Assembly (NCBI GenBank): GCA_003973265.1
Contig: QNYZ01000036.1
Coordinates: 3,434-67,433, forward strand
DNA from: Deltaproteobacteria bacterium
GTDB taxonomy: Bacteria > Desulfobacterota > Desulfobacteria > Desulfobacterales > QNYZ01
Length of the DNA stretch: 64,000 nucleotides
Direction of reading: 5' to 3'
Under the pieces are notes generated by a model. It was not told where the DNA came from. It saw nothing but the letters and a program-made list of their open reading frames with translations, and ran no database searches. A program made the translations under genes and the position numbers. Below are positions 1 through 9,979 of this stretch, in pieces. Numbering within the stretch: position 1 is the stretch's first letter; each line of letters opens with the position of its first letter.

Positions 1-958
1 AGGCCGTCAGAAAAGCTGCATAAATCGGGTCATCGGCCACATCCGGCCCGGACGGGACCACCTGAATGCGGCTGTCTCCGCACGATGATGTGGGGGACAT
101 GCGGTACACTGCCGGGGCCGGTCCCTCAACAGCAAACTGCCAATCCGCCTCAAAAATGGTTCGATAGGTCGATATCACCGGCCCCTGCTGGCAAAAACTG
201 AGATCGATCCAGCAATCGGCCGGACAATGTGGCCCCAGGTATTCAACCGCCAGATTTCTTCCGCCGGTCCAGACCTTTTTCTGATCCACGATAACCATTT
301 TTCTGTGATTGCGCAGGTTCGTTCTCCCCCGCAGCGGCCGGTGCAACACGGGAATAAACCGGGCCACCTCTCCCCCGTTTCGAATAAGCGGATTCAAATC
401 ACTTTGGGCTGTTTTGAAGGACCCGACACCATCCAGCAACAACCGGACCTGAACACCCTGGGCCGCCTTTTCCGTCAACCGGGATAAGACCGCCTTCCCC
501 ACCGGATCGTCTCCCAGAATAAAGATGGCAATATCAATGCTTTCCCGTGCACTACCAAGCAAATCGCTTAGCGCCTGCCAGGCGGCCTGTCCATTTTGAT
601 GAAACTGGACAGCATTGTTTTCGCTGGACGGAGAAATGCCAAGAGACGTCAGGAGTGAATGGACCGGGTGGGGATGGGCCTCCGGTGATTCCGGCAGATG
701 GATCTGTGCCTTTCCTGCAATCCTGGTCACGATCTTAAGCTTACGTTCACCAAAGGCCAGATAAAGCGGAATACCGATCAGGGGCACAAAAACAATCACC
801 AGAATCCAGCCCATGGAGACCGCGGGTTTACGGGGGGTGCGCAGTATCTGGGAAATCAGGATGACGGCCAGAAGGACAGTAACTATCGTGGACAAATGAA
901 GCAGTAGCGGCCAGATGTTGCCAATCATCGAATGCAGTCCGGACGTTGTGTGGGGCAT
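1..958 (-). CDS. cls: Cardiolipin synthase / phospholipase D family protein (3' end runs off the window)
   Basis: Not in the ORF track. Manual translation from ATG at 958 is open to the edge: two N-terminal TM helices (PAVSMGWILVIVFVPLIGIPLYLAFG), VQVRLLLDGVGS, HKD motif RNHRKMVIVD..WTGGRN, and QVVPSGPD. Confidence 0.88.
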   Translation of the reverse strand, partial: MPHTTSGLHSMIGNIWPLLLHLSTIVTVLLAVILISQILRTPRKPAVSMGWILVIVFVPLIGIPLYLAFGERKLKIVTRIAGKAQIHLPESPEAHPHPVHSLLTSLGISPSSENNAVQFHQNGQAAWQALSDLLGSARESIDIAIFILGDDPVGKAVLSRLTEKAAQGVQVRLLLDGVGSFKTAQSDLNPLIRNGGEVARFIPVLHRPLRGRTNLRNHRKMVIVDQKKVWTGGRNLAVEYLGPHCPADCWIDLSFCQQGPVISTYRTIFEADWQFAVEGPAPAVYRMSPTSSCGDSRIQVVPSGPDVADDPIYAAFLTA

Positions 959-989
959 CTTGTTTTTCCCTTGATGGAAAACTGTCGGA

Positions 990-1397
990 TTAGTGGTCGA
1001 CCGTTACAAAAAGGCTGATCAGGGTAAGAATGGTGCATCCAGCCAATGCCAGACTATATGCTTTGATCAGCCATCTCGGTGTCATGTCCAGATCAAGATC
1101 TTCCATGCGTAGATGTAAATGACTATACCGCCAGGCGGCCTGCAGAAAAGAGACCGTGCTGAATGAAAGCAGAATCGTGGCAATGGCCAGCAATACCCAC
1201 GGTGGGATATCACCCTTTAAAAATTTTTCGATCCCCAGTCCGGCCGCAAAGGTTGAAACGCCCGTTCTCACCCATGCCTGGTAGGTTCTCTCGTTGGCCA
1301 GAACAGTCCGATCCAGTGCCAGCTTGACCGAATCCGTTTTCAAAGCTTGCGGGTTGATTTTATTTTTTTCAGATGACCGGCCGTGTTGTATGTTCAT
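990..1397 (-). CDS. DUF202 / YidH-family inner membrane protein
   Basis: RTVLANERTYQAWVRTG signature followed by three TM segments. Confidence 0.85.
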   Translation of the reverse strand: MNIQHGRSSEKNKINPQALKTDSVKLALDRTVLANERTYQAWVRTGVSTFAAGLGIEKFLKGDIPPWVLLAIATILLSFSTVSFLQAAWRYSHLHLRMEDLDLDMTPRWLIKAYSLALAGCTILTLISLFVTVDH

Positions 1398-1650
1398 TTA
1401 TTATTCCCTGTCAGTTGCTGTTAAGGGATCATATCACCTTCAGATATAGATTACCCATCTTACCAGACAATATCAAGAACGGGATAAAAGATACGAAACG
1501 ATTGACACCTCTTATTCCACCGGACGACGAAATACCTGGCACGGAAAGACCTGCTAAAAAAATGGCTTGAAGTGACAATATATAATTGAGTACATTTAAT
1601 GAGGCAAGAGGAAATGTGCCTTTAAATCCGCGGAAGTGAGGGGAAAATCA

Positions 1651-2535
1651 ATGACGAGAACCAGGGCGCTGTTTTTCGGCATGACCACCATCGACTGTAT
1701 CTATCTGGCCGACCAGCCGCCCGGTTGCAACGAAAAGATCGTGGCGGACCGGCAACTGATCTGTGCCGGCGGCCCCGGTACCAACGCGGCCATGACCTTC
1801 AATGCCCTGGGCGGAAAGGCCACGCTCATCAGCTGCCTGGGTTTGCATCCATTGGCATCGGTTGCGCACAATGAGCTAAAACTCCACGGAGTCGATCATA
1901 TGGAGCTTTGCCCGGAGTTTTCATCGGTTCCCACGATGTCGTCGATTCTTGTATCAAAAGACACCGGTGACCGGTCCGTGGTTTCGGTCAATTCAAATCC
2001 TATCCAAAGCCATTATCCGGACATGACGAAAATATCCCTCCACGGATATACCGCGGCGCTATTTGACGGGCAGTATATGACACTGGCGACCGCCCTGGCC
2101 GGCGCCTGCCGTCAGGCCGGCATTCATACCGTTCTGGATGGCGGCAGCTGGAAGCCGGGCACCGAAAAATTGATTCGCCATATTGACACGGCGATCTGTT
2201 CATCAAACTTCATGCCACCGGGCATTTCGGATTCTGAAAATATTCTGATATGGCTTCAAAACCGGGGGGTTTCAGAAGTTGCGATCACCCGGGGCGCCGG
2301 CCCGATCCTGGCGGCTGAAAACGGAACGCGGTTTGAGGTATTGCCCCCGCAAATCACTTCGGTTCGGGACACATTGGCCGCCGGCGATATCTTTCACGGC
2401 GCGTTTACCTATTACTATTCAAAAAATCCGGCCGGAAAATTCAGCGACCATCTGAAAAAGGCCGCGGTGATTGCCGCCGGATCATGTATCCATTTCGGGC
2501 CCCGGAAGTGGATGAACGATCTGCCTGCAGGGTGA
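1651..2535 (+). CDS. PfkB-family carbohydrate kinase
   Basis: GGPGTNAA N-terminal motif and RDTLAAGDIFHGAF PfkB C-terminal signature. Confidence 0.9.
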   Translation: MTRTRALFFGMTTIDCIYLADQPPGCNEKIVADRQLICAGGPGTNAAMTFNALGGKATLISCLGLHPLASVAHNELKLHGVDHMELCPEFSSVPTMSSILVSKDTGDRSVVSVNSNPIQSHYPDMTKISLHGYTAALFDGQYMTLATALAGACRQAGIHTVLDGGSWKPGTEKLIRHIDTAICSSNFMPPGISDSENILIWLQNRGVSEVAITRGAGPILAAENGTRFEVLPPQITSVRDTLAAGDIFHGAFTYYYSKNPAGKFSDHLKKAAVIAAGSCIHFGPRKWMNDLPAG

Positions 2536-2589
2536 TCAATTATCGGTATCAACGTAAAGCAGAACAACCAGTGGCCCTGGGACCACGGC

Positions 2590-4116
2590 CTATTCAACCC
2601 AGTCAAAGGTCCGGTCCACGGCTTTCTGCCATCCACGGACCCCTTTTTCACGATCCACCGGTTTCATATCGGGCTGCCAGGTTTTATCTTCGGCCCAGTT
2701 TTGTCGCAATGATTTCAGATCCGTCCAGTACCCAACAGCCAACCCCGCCGCATAGGCCGCGCCCAGGGCCGTGGTTTCGGCCACTTTGGGACGAATCACC
2801 GGGACATTGAGGATATCGGCCTGGAACTGCATGAGCAGTTCATTGGCCACCATGCCGCCGTCTACTTTGAGGTGGGTCAGGTCAATGCCGGCATCTTTGT
2901 TCATGGCATCGACAATATCCATGGTTTGATATGCACAGGCTTCGAGTACGGCACGGGCCACATGGCCCTTGTTGACAAAGCGGGTGAGCCCGGCAATCAC
3001 CCCGCGGGCATCCGGGCGCCAGTACGGGGCAAACAGGCCGGAAAACGCCGGCACAATATACGCGCCGCCATTGTCATCAACAGTCTGCGCCAGGGTTTCC
3101 ACCTCCGGTGCGCTGGCGATAAGCCCCAGGTTGTCCCGCAGCCATTGCACCAGCGCCCCGGCCATGGCTACGGACCCTTCCAGACAATAGACCGGCTTTT
3201 CACCGCGGATCTGATACCCCACCGTGGTGAGCAGGCCGTGGCGGGATACGACCGGTGTCTCACCGGTGTTGAGCAGGAGAAAACAGCCGGTCCCGTAAGT
3301 GTTTTTGGCCTCGCCCGCGTCAAAACAGGCCTGGCCCACCAGGGCGGCCTGCTGGTCACCCACGGCGCCGCACACGGGAACGGCCGCGCCCAGGGCGCTC
3401 TCTTTCGATGTCAACCCCCAGGGAACGGTATCGACGGATGGAACGATGGTCGGCAGCATTTGGCGGGGAATCTCCAGGGCGTCCAAAATTTCTTCGTCCC
3501 AGGCAAGGGCTTTTAAATTCATCAGCAGGGTACGGCTGGCGTTGGACACATCGGTGACGTGGGCGCCGCCGTTCGGCCCGCCGGTGAGCCACCAGATAAT
3601 CCAGCTTTCAATGGTGCCAAAGAATGCGTCGCCGGATCTGGCCGCCGACTTTGCCTCGGGGACGTGGTCGAGGATCCATCGGATTTTAGGCCCGGAAAAG
3701 TAGGTACTGACGGGCAGCCCGGTTTTTTCCCGGAACCGGTCCGGTCCGGATTCGCCGGCCAGCTGGCGGCAGATTTTATCGGTGCGGGTACACTGCCAGA
3801 CAATGGCGTTGTAAAAGGGCCGGCCGGTGCGTTTGTCCCATACCACCGTGGTTTCCCGCTGGTTGGTGATCCCGATGGCGGCAAGGGCATCACCGGCGAT
3901 TCCGGCATTTTTCAGGGCCCCGGCGATGACTTTTTCGGTGTTTTTCCAGATCTCCATGGGGTCGTGTTCGACCCACCCCGGCTTGGGAAAAATCTGCGCG
4001 TGTTCCATCTGCTCCAGACCGATGATCCGTCCCTCGTGGTCAAAGATAATAAACCGGTTGCTTGTCGTCCCTAAATCAACCGCGCCGATGTATTGATTCC
4101 CGATGGTTCGATTCAT
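2590..4116 (-). CDS. glpK: Glycerol kinase
   Basis: [53 protein letters not shown]. Start overlaps the hdrB stop (ATGA). Confidence 0.97.
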   Translation of the reverse strand: MNRTIGNQYIGAVDLGTTSNRFIIFDHEGRIIGLEQMEHAQIFPKPGWVEHDPMEIWKNTEKVIAGALKNAGIAGDALAAIGITNQRETTVVWDKRTGRPFYNAIVWQCTRTDKICRQLAGESGPDRFREKTGLPVSTYFSGPKIRWILDHVPEAKSAARSGDAFFGTIESWIIWWLTGGPNGGAHVTDVSNASRTLLMNLKALAWDEEILDALEIPRQMLPTIVPSVDTVPWGLTSKESALGAAVPVCGAVGDQQAALVGQACFDAGEAKNTYGTGCFLLLNTGETPVVSRHGLLTTVGYQIRGEKPVYCLEGSVAMAGALVQWLRDNLGLIASAPEVETLAQTVDDNGGAYIVPAFSGLFAPYWRPDARGVIAGLTRFVNKGHVARAVLEACAYQTMDIVDAMNKDAGIDLTHLKVDGGMVANELLMQFQADILNVPVIRPKVAETTALGAAYAAGLAVGYWTDLKSLRQNWAEDKTWQPDMKPVDREKGVRGWQKAVDRTFDWVE

Positions 4117-4970
4117 GGGGTTCCTCCTTCGGTAGGTGTCCATTGTATCCGGTTTTCATTCATCCCCAGCCCGGCCGGTGCGATGCCCAGCGCAAGGCCC
4201 AGCAGCTGCGGATATAAAACCGCGGGGATCGGCGGGGCATGCGGAAGGGTTTCCAACCGTACCTGATCGAATTGATGCTGACAATAGGTGCAGGCCGTGC
4301 AGATCATATCCGCCCCGGCCTGATCGGCATCCTCGATTTTTTTCTGCATCAGCCGGGTCGATATTACGCGGTTTTTTTCCCACAGGGGCGCTCCGCAGCA
4401 GTTGAGCCGCAGGGGCCAGTCAACGGCCGTGGCACCGGTTACGGCAATCAGGTCTTCAAAAATCGTTGGTGCCTGGGGATCGTCAAACCCGACAATATTA
4501 GCCGGCCGCAGGGCATGGCAGCCGTAATGAGCGGCAACCCGGATGTCCTTTTGAGGGTGAACCACGGCCGTGGCGACAGCAGCCAGGCCGAGGTCCTCCT
4601 TTAATACCTGCAGAAGATGCCGGACCCGGATGCCCGGTTTCCAGCGCAGATTTTCTTTTCTCAGGATCGCGTTGACCCGGCGGCGCAGCACGCGGTTTTC
4701 CCCGAGCCAGTACTGGGCATGCCGGAGGTTTCCATAGCAGCACTGGCACGGCGTCATCAGCGGTGCGCCGATCTGATCGGCCAGCGCCAGGACCCGGGCC
4801 GAGGATAATAACGACGCTTCCAGATGCTGATGCCGGACGGGATAGCCGCAGCAGTTGAATTCAGAATCGACCAGATCGATGCCGAGCGCTTTAAATATCC
4901 CGCGCGTGGCGCGGTCATAGGCCGGCAGCCAGGCCGGAATTTTACATCCGGGAAAATAGACATATTTCAT
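4113..4970 (-). CDS. hdrB: Heterodisulfide reductase subunit B-like protein (two CCG domains)
   Basis: YFPGC..NCCGYP..CQCCY and [22 protein letters not shown]: both five-Cys CCG sets are intact. Confidence 0.88.
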   Translation of the reverse strand: MKYVYFPGCKIPAWLPAYDRATRGIFKALGIDLVDSEFNCCGYPVRHQHLEASLLSSARVLALADQIGAPLMTPCQCCYGNLRHAQYWLGENRVLRRRVNAILRKENLRWKPGIRVRHLLQVLKEDLGLAAVATAVVHPQKDIRVAAHYGCHALRPANIVGFDDPQAPTIFEDLIAVTGATAVDWPLRLNCCGAPLWEKNRVISTRLMQKKIEDADQAGADMICTACTYCQHQFDQVRLETLPHAPPIPAVLYPQLLGLALGIAPAGLGMNENRIQWTPTEGGTP

Positions 4971-6706
4971 GGGGCGGCCTCCGGGGCTTCCTCTTTCGGC
5001 CGGTGGGAAATCGATTGCGAATCCAGGTGATGAACGGTGTCAGGATAAAACCGCCGGTAGGCGATATTTCTCAATTCATAGAGGACGTCGGCCACCCGGA
5101 CGCCCTGGGGGCAGTGTTCCTGGCACATATAGCAGGTGACGCAATTCCACACCATCCGTGCGCCCAGAGCATCGTCGGCCATCTGAAGGCGCAGCAGGTT
5201 CATAATCTGCTGGGGCGTCAGGTCGAGTTCCCGGGCCGGATCGTCGGCGGCTTCCACCACCGGGCAGACCGTTGTGCAGATCGTACACTGGATGCATCCC
5301 CTGAATGTTTCCGGCCGGTCGGTCAGATGAATTGCCGGAAAGGTTTTCTTGAAAGACGGCCCGGATGCGACCGATCGTTCCGACGCCAGGTGTGCCCATT
5401 CATGGGCCGGCTTTTTCATGATCCAGTGGTGGGCCTCGGTAAATCCCTGTCGCCGCAGGTCCTGCTTCGATGCCTGCCAGATATCTTTCAAATCGATTCC
5501 CGACGGGCAGACCTCCGTACAGCGACCGCAGTCGGTACAGATGAAGCTGCCTTCGGCCAGGAGCGCGGCCTCGGCCTCAGATCCGTGCCGGTGGCGGACA
5601 TGACGTGCGAACCCGGCCAGTTTTTCCGATGGCAGAATGGTGATGTTGTCGATCAGTAACTGGATGGGAGCTACCTTGCAGTGCAGGCTGCAAATGCCGC
5701 AATGGGTACATGCGTCCAGCCCAAGCGCACGTCGGTTGGCCAGCTGGGCGGGGGAAACGGTATCGGTAGTACGGCTGCCGCAAATCAGCAGGTTGACCGG
5801 TGTGGCAATCAGATGGAAAAATTTGCCGAACGGCAACCAGGCCAGGGCGGCAAAGGCGGACAGGAAATGGATATACCACAGCCAGGTATCCATACGAATA
5901 CGGTTAAAGCGCCGGGCCACCGGCCGGATGAACCGGGCCACGGGATAACTCATAAAAGCTGATACCGGGCGGGAATGACAGGAAATGCAGTATTCGTCGT
6001 GCGTTTCATACCCCTCGGCAAGTACGGCCGGATCGTCGGTGTCGACCGGGTTTTCAAAAACCACCCCGTATTGGGACGCCCAGTACGCCCGGAGCGGGGC
6101 CAGTATTTCCTCGTCGTCTTCGTCCAGGTACTCGTCCACCATCTCGTTGAAGATCGGTTCCGAAACGATCTGGACGGCCTCAAGCATCATACCGGAAACA
6201 ATGACCATACCGATGAAAAAAAGGGTAAAGGTATCCATGGCGCGGGTCATCTGGCGCAGCCGATGGCCGGCCACCCGGCGAATCATCGCAATCCCCGCCC
6301 CGGCCAATACCATCAGCCCGAATAGATCGCGGAGCCACAAAAAGGGGTTGAGCGTCGATTCATAATCCGGAAAAAAAGTACGCGTCAGCGGATCGTCGAG
6401 GGCATGCATCAGAATCAGCAAGATCATTCCGTAAAACAGGCAGATATGCATAATCCAGCGCCAGAAGCTCTGGTGGAGGATATTGAGCTGCAGCAATACG
6501 TCGGTAATAAATATGCCGATCAGCTTGAAAACCCGGCGGCTGACCAAGGCGCGAATCGTCTGGCCGGTGGCAGCCGTGATTCGGGCGCCCACGGTCAGGG
6601 TATCGGTTTCCGGGCCGATGCGGAGGGTTACCCATCTTTGCGTCCGGAAAAGGATGCCTGCCACACAAATCCCCAGCGCCAGATATAGTGAAATGGTAAA
6701 TATCAT
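4967..6706 (-). CDS. Membrane redox fusion: NarI/DsrM-like diheme cytochrome b with an inserted CxxCH heme c motif, plus two 2x[4Fe-4S] domains (C-terminal one HdrC-like)
   Basis: TM His pairs WIMHICLFYG..LMH and YIHFLS..PFGKFFH; CISCH; four CxxCxxCxxxC motifs (CTHCGICSLHC, CTDCGRCTEVCP, CIQCTICTTVCP, CVTCYMCQEHCP). Confidence 0.85.
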   Translation of the reverse strand: MIFTISLYLALGICVAGILFRTQRWVTLRIGPETDTLTVGARITAATGQTIRALVSRRVFKLIGIFITDVLLQLNILHQSFWRWIMHICLFYGMILLILMHALDDPLTRTFFPDYESTLNPFLWLRDLFGLMVLAGAGIAMIRRVAGHRLRQMTRAMDTFTLFFIGMVIVSGMMLEAVQIVSEPIFNEMVDEYLDEDDEEILAPLRAYWASQYGVVFENPVDTDDPAVLAEGYETHDEYCISCHSRPVSAFMSYPVARFIRPVARRFNRIRMDTWLWYIHFLSAFAALAWLPFGKFFHLIATPVNLLICGSRTTDTVSPAQLANRRALGLDACTHCGICSLHCKVAPIQLLIDNITILPSEKLAGFARHVRHRHGSEAEAALLAEGSFICTDCGRCTEVCPSGIDLKDIWQASKQDLRRQGFTEAHHWIMKKPAHEWAHLASERSVASGPSFKKTFPAIHLTDRPETFRGCIQCTICTTVCPVVEAADDPARELDLTPQQIMNLLRLQMADDALGARMVWNCVTCYMCQEHCPQGVRVADVLYELRNIAYRRFYPDTVHHLDSQSISHRPKEEAPEAAP

Positions 6707-6781
6707 TTTGAATCGGTGTTGTTTCTACTCCGTTACCCGTTGTCGCAAATGATTTTTTCTAATGAGCCCCACGGGTAGAGA

Positions 6782-8095
6782 TCATCCGGAAATAAACCGC
6801 TGGAAAGCGTTAACAGCCGCGAACGCGGTGGTGATCCCAAGGCCGGCCCCACATTTTTGCCGGACCCAGTCCTGGTGGGCCAGGATCGATCCGGCGGCGA
6901 ACAGGCCGGGGATTGCCGGGTGCCGGTTATTATTCAGCGGCCGCCATTGATCGTCGGTGGTGATGCCGAACCGGTTGATCGGATGCCCCCTCGGATCGAG
7001 AAACGATTTTTGGTGCCACTCGGAACGGGTGACCGGTTGAAACACCGGCAGGTTGAACAGGGTCTCACGAACCGATTTGCGATCTGTGGTCAGCCCCCCG
7101 CCGATGAACCGGCCACTGGCCAGAATGGCCCCTTTGGCCGTGATAACGCGCCGCAGGTGGTCCCGGCCGACATCAAAGCGGAAGCCGTTTCGGCCCTGTT
7201 TATCAACCGCGGTTATTTTTTGCTGATAATGGGTACGGACAAAAAGGCGGGGCAGGGCCTTTTCAAAGGCCGCTTTTATCCGCAGCCCGCCGATGGCCGG
7301 CGGCATGGTCGGGATCTCAAATACCGGCCGGTTCAGTTGTTTCTGCAGATCTTCAAAGACCGCCATCGGCCGGTACATCCCCAGAATCGCCGGCAAAGCC
7401 ACATATTCGGCCGAATGGATGTGGGGCGCTATCTCGCCGGCCAGCTGGGCCCGGCATTCGGGGCTTTCAAGAGACAGGGCCATATGCTCGGGCAGCAGCT
7501 CGCCGGATGTATCGGGAAACGAAATCCGCCGGGTCGTGAGGTTCGGCCAGGTTTTATCAAGTGTTTCAACGATCTGTCTGCCGCTGAATCCCTTGAGCCC
7601 GTGAAAATCAACCACCAGGCAAGACGCCTTTTCAGCCAGGGCCCGGACGCCGTTTTGAACCGTGGCCGGCACGGCATAAGTGGTTTTAAGGGTACCGGTC
7701 GGTGTGATCATGGCGAGGTTCTTCCCGGGCTCGGTATAATAGGGCAGACCATGGGCCGCTAAAAAAGAAACAAAGCCGGAAAGCGCAGACTGTATATCCT
7801 TTTTATCTAAAAAGGCGTACGGGTGCCGGGGGTGTTCTGCAACCAATGCCCCGATGCCGTCAAAGGGACGATCCCATATGCGGCCGTCTTCAACCGGGTG
7901 GACGCCCAAAAGATCGAGAAAGCCGCTGGCAAAGCCCAGTTCCCCGGCCCGGCCCACCTGTACCGTATCTATTCCAAGATTTGCGGCAAACAGCGCGGCG
8001 GCCATGCCGGTGATGCCCGATCCGATCACCAGTAGATCGCAGCTTATTTCCGGTAAATTATCCATAAAGTCGTTTTTCGATGACGAAGCGTACAA
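6782..8095 (-). CDS. glpB: Anaerobic glycerol-3-phosphate dehydrogenase subunit B
   Basis: DLLVIGSGITG FAD motif, SGFLDLLG, EIPTMPPAIGGLR, ILASGRFIGGGL, LFAAGSILA. Adjacent to glpA. Start may be ATG 8065. Confidence 0.92.
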   Translation of the reverse strand: MYASSSKNDFMDNLPEISCDLLVIGSGITGMAAALFAANLGIDTVQVGRAGELGFASGFLDLLGVHPVEDGRIWDRPFDGIGALVAEHPRHPYAFLDKKDIQSALSGFVSFLAAHGLPYYTEPGKNLAMITPTGTLKTTYAVPATVQNGVRALAEKASCLVVDFHGLKGFSGRQIVETLDKTWPNLTTRRISFPDTSGELLPEHMALSLESPECRAQLAGEIAPHIHSAEYVALPAILGMYRPMAVFEDLQKQLNRPVFEIPTMPPAIGGLRIKAAFEKALPRLFVRTHYQQKITAVDKQGRNGFRFDVGRDHLRRVITAKGAILASGRFIGGGLTTDRKSVRETLFNLPVFQPVTRSEWHQKSFLDPRGHPINRFGITTDDQWRPLNNNRHPAIPGLFAAGSILAHQDWVRQKCGAGLGITTAFAAVNAFQRFISG

Positions 8096-8121
8096 AATCC
8101 GCCGGACGCGTTCGCGTCATG

Positions 8122-9768
8122 TTATGCGTTAACGCGTCCGGATGGGCCCCCGCCTGCACCCGGTTTATCCGGTTGCCCTTTCGGATCGTTTAGTTCAAGG
8201 CCAAAGAGGCCGCAATGCATGGCTTCCTGCAACTGGGCCTGAATCAGCGGGACGTCCCACAATAACGGATGCTGGCCGCGCCAGCGTTCACTTAAAAACT
8301 GATGGAGGTTGACGATCCCCTCGTTTTTTTTAAAAACGCCCCGATCGTACAGATGGGCGGTGAGGCGCTGGCTGCAGAAAGCACCCTGGCAGGGCCCCTT
8401 GCCGACCCGGCTGCGCAGACCGATGGCTTCCAGTGTGGGGGTGATGTTTAATCGGCCCATGTTGCGGATGATCTGATCGACCGTATGCCGGGAGACCATT
8501 TCGCATTCGCATAATAACAGGTCCGTGGGATCGTTTTGTTTCATCCATTGATGCGGGGCCAGCCCCGGCTCGGTCCATTGTCCATCGGTGGAGGCCGGCA
8601 GCGGTTCGGTACAGGTCTGGCACGCCGGATCAATCCCCAGCCTTTGGCATACCAGATTGGCTGCTTTTTCGGCCATGAATCGATACGTGGTCAGTTTACC
8701 GCCGGTAATGGTGATGAAATTATCCACATGGTCGCGGGTATGATCGATGAGAGCATACCCCCGGCTCACCTTCCGGTCGTCACCGCTGTTTGCGTCGCCC
8801 ACCAGCGGCCGGACGCCGCAATAAGCCCGGATATAGCGGGTGGTTTCAAGAACCGGTATCATCATGGCACCTTCTTCGATGATGTGATCGATTTCCTCGA
8901 TCTCCGGATAAATATTGTCGGGCGTTTCGGTGCGGACCGACGTCGTTCCGAGGATCGATACGGTGCCGCCCGGCACGAGAATATCGGCATCCGTGGCCAG
9001 GCGCAGCCGATTGACCACCCGCCGGGTGATCCGGCTCTGGGTAACCAGCAGGCTGCCCTTGGAATAGATCATCGGGATGGAAATACCGGCCTGCGCGGCC
9101 ACCTGGTCGGCCCAGGCGCCGGCCGCATTGACCACGATCTCGGCCCGGACCGTATATTCCCGGCCCGTTCGGGTGTCGACCAGGTGAACGGCCGTTATTT
9201 CCGACTGTTTAACGGTCAATCCCGTGACACGGGTAAAGCGAAAAAACCGGGCGCCCTTGTCCACCGCCTGGGCGATATTGTCGAGGGTCAGGCGGAAAGG
9301 ATCGATGGCAGCGTCATCCACAGCATAGGCGGCAATGAGCCTGTCCGACAGGGCCGGCTCCATTTCCCGGGCATCGGCCAGATCGACGGCACGGGCGGAA
9401 ATGCCGCTTTGGGCGCATAGTTGGGGGAAATCGGCAATATATTTTTCATCATCACCCGCAACCGCCACAAACAGACCGCCGCAGGTATCGATACAATGGG
9501 GGGCCAGCTTTTTGAGAATATGGTTTTCTTTCCGGCATTCCACCGCCGAGGCCGGGTCGGACTTGATATACCGCGCGCCGCTGTGCAGCAGGCCATGATT
9601 GGCACCCGACGCCCCGGCCGTCAGGTCTTTCTGCTCGACCAGGATACATCCAATCCCGCGCAGGGTTAAATCCCGGACCAGGCCGGCACCGGTTACCCCC
9701 GCACCGATAATCAGGACCTGGGTGTGGATAGGCGGCTGGCATGATCCGGGTGTGTTCAAAATCGACAT
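8122..9768 (-). CDS. glpA: Anaerobic glycerol-3-phosphate dehydrogenase subunit A
   Basis: IIGAGVTG, NHGLLHSGARY, GVRPL, ITGGKLTTYR; C-terminal BFD-like CECE..GPCQGAFC. Confidence 0.95.
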   Translation of the reverse strand: MSILNTPGSCQPPIHTQVLIIGAGVTGAGLVRDLTLRGIGCILVEQKDLTAGASGANHGLLHSGARYIKSDPASAVECRKENHILKKLAPHCIDTCGGLFVAVAGDDEKYIADFPQLCAQSGISARAVDLADAREMEPALSDRLIAAYAVDDAAIDPFRLTLDNIAQAVDKGARFFRFTRVTGLTVKQSEITAVHLVDTRTGREYTVRAEIVVNAAGAWADQVAAQAGISIPMIYSKGSLLVTQSRITRRVVNRLRLATDADILVPGGTVSILGTTSVRTETPDNIYPEIEEIDHIIEEGAMMIPVLETTRYIRAYCGVRPLVGDANSGDDRKVSRGYALIDHTRDHVDNFITITGGKLTTYRFMAEKAANLVCQRLGIDPACQTCTEPLPASTDGQWTEPGLAPHQWMKQNDPTDLLLCECEMVSRHTVDQIIRNMGRLNITPTLEAIGLRSRVGKGPCQGAFCSQRLTAHLYDRGVFKKNEGIVNLHQFLSERWRGQHPLLWDVPLIQAQLQEAMHCGLFGLELNDPKGQPDKPGAGGGPSGRVNA

Positions 9769-9783
9769 CGTATCACGGCTGAT

Positions 9784-9799
9784 TTTTCTATTGCGAAAA
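9784..9799. promoter_or_regulatory. Putative GlpR operator upstream of glpA
   Basis: TTTTCTATTGCGAAAA, similar to the boxes at 9928 and 10867. Confidence 0.5.
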
Positions 9800-9927
9800 T
9801 ATAATTCTCATGCTACCTATTTTACCGTCTAATTCAACTAGTTCAACAGGCATCTTTCGGTTATTTTAACGCATTCGGACAGATTTGTCACCATTTATTT
9901 TCTAAAGTAAACATATTTTACAATTTA

Positions 9928-9943
9928 TTTTCGAAAACGAACA
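9928..9943. promoter_or_regulatory. Putative GlpR operator upstream of glpR
   Basis: TTTTCGAAAACGAACA matches 14 of 16 positions of the enteric GlpR core TGTTCGATAACGAACA. Confidence 0.65.
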
Positions 9944-9979
9944 CATGATCCCTGAAATACTCATAAAGGATGGCGTACC

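Noticed and set aside
1537..1555. TGGCACGG resembling a sigma54 -24 box upstream of pfkB
   Set aside because: No TTGC at the required spacing.
2872..9420. Long antisense or alternate-frame ORFs (e.g. 2872-3516, 6857-7762, 8536-9420; likewise 10046-10918, 34848-35708, 48045-48860)
   Set aside because: They shadow well-supported genes in GC-rich DNA and show no recognisable motifs.
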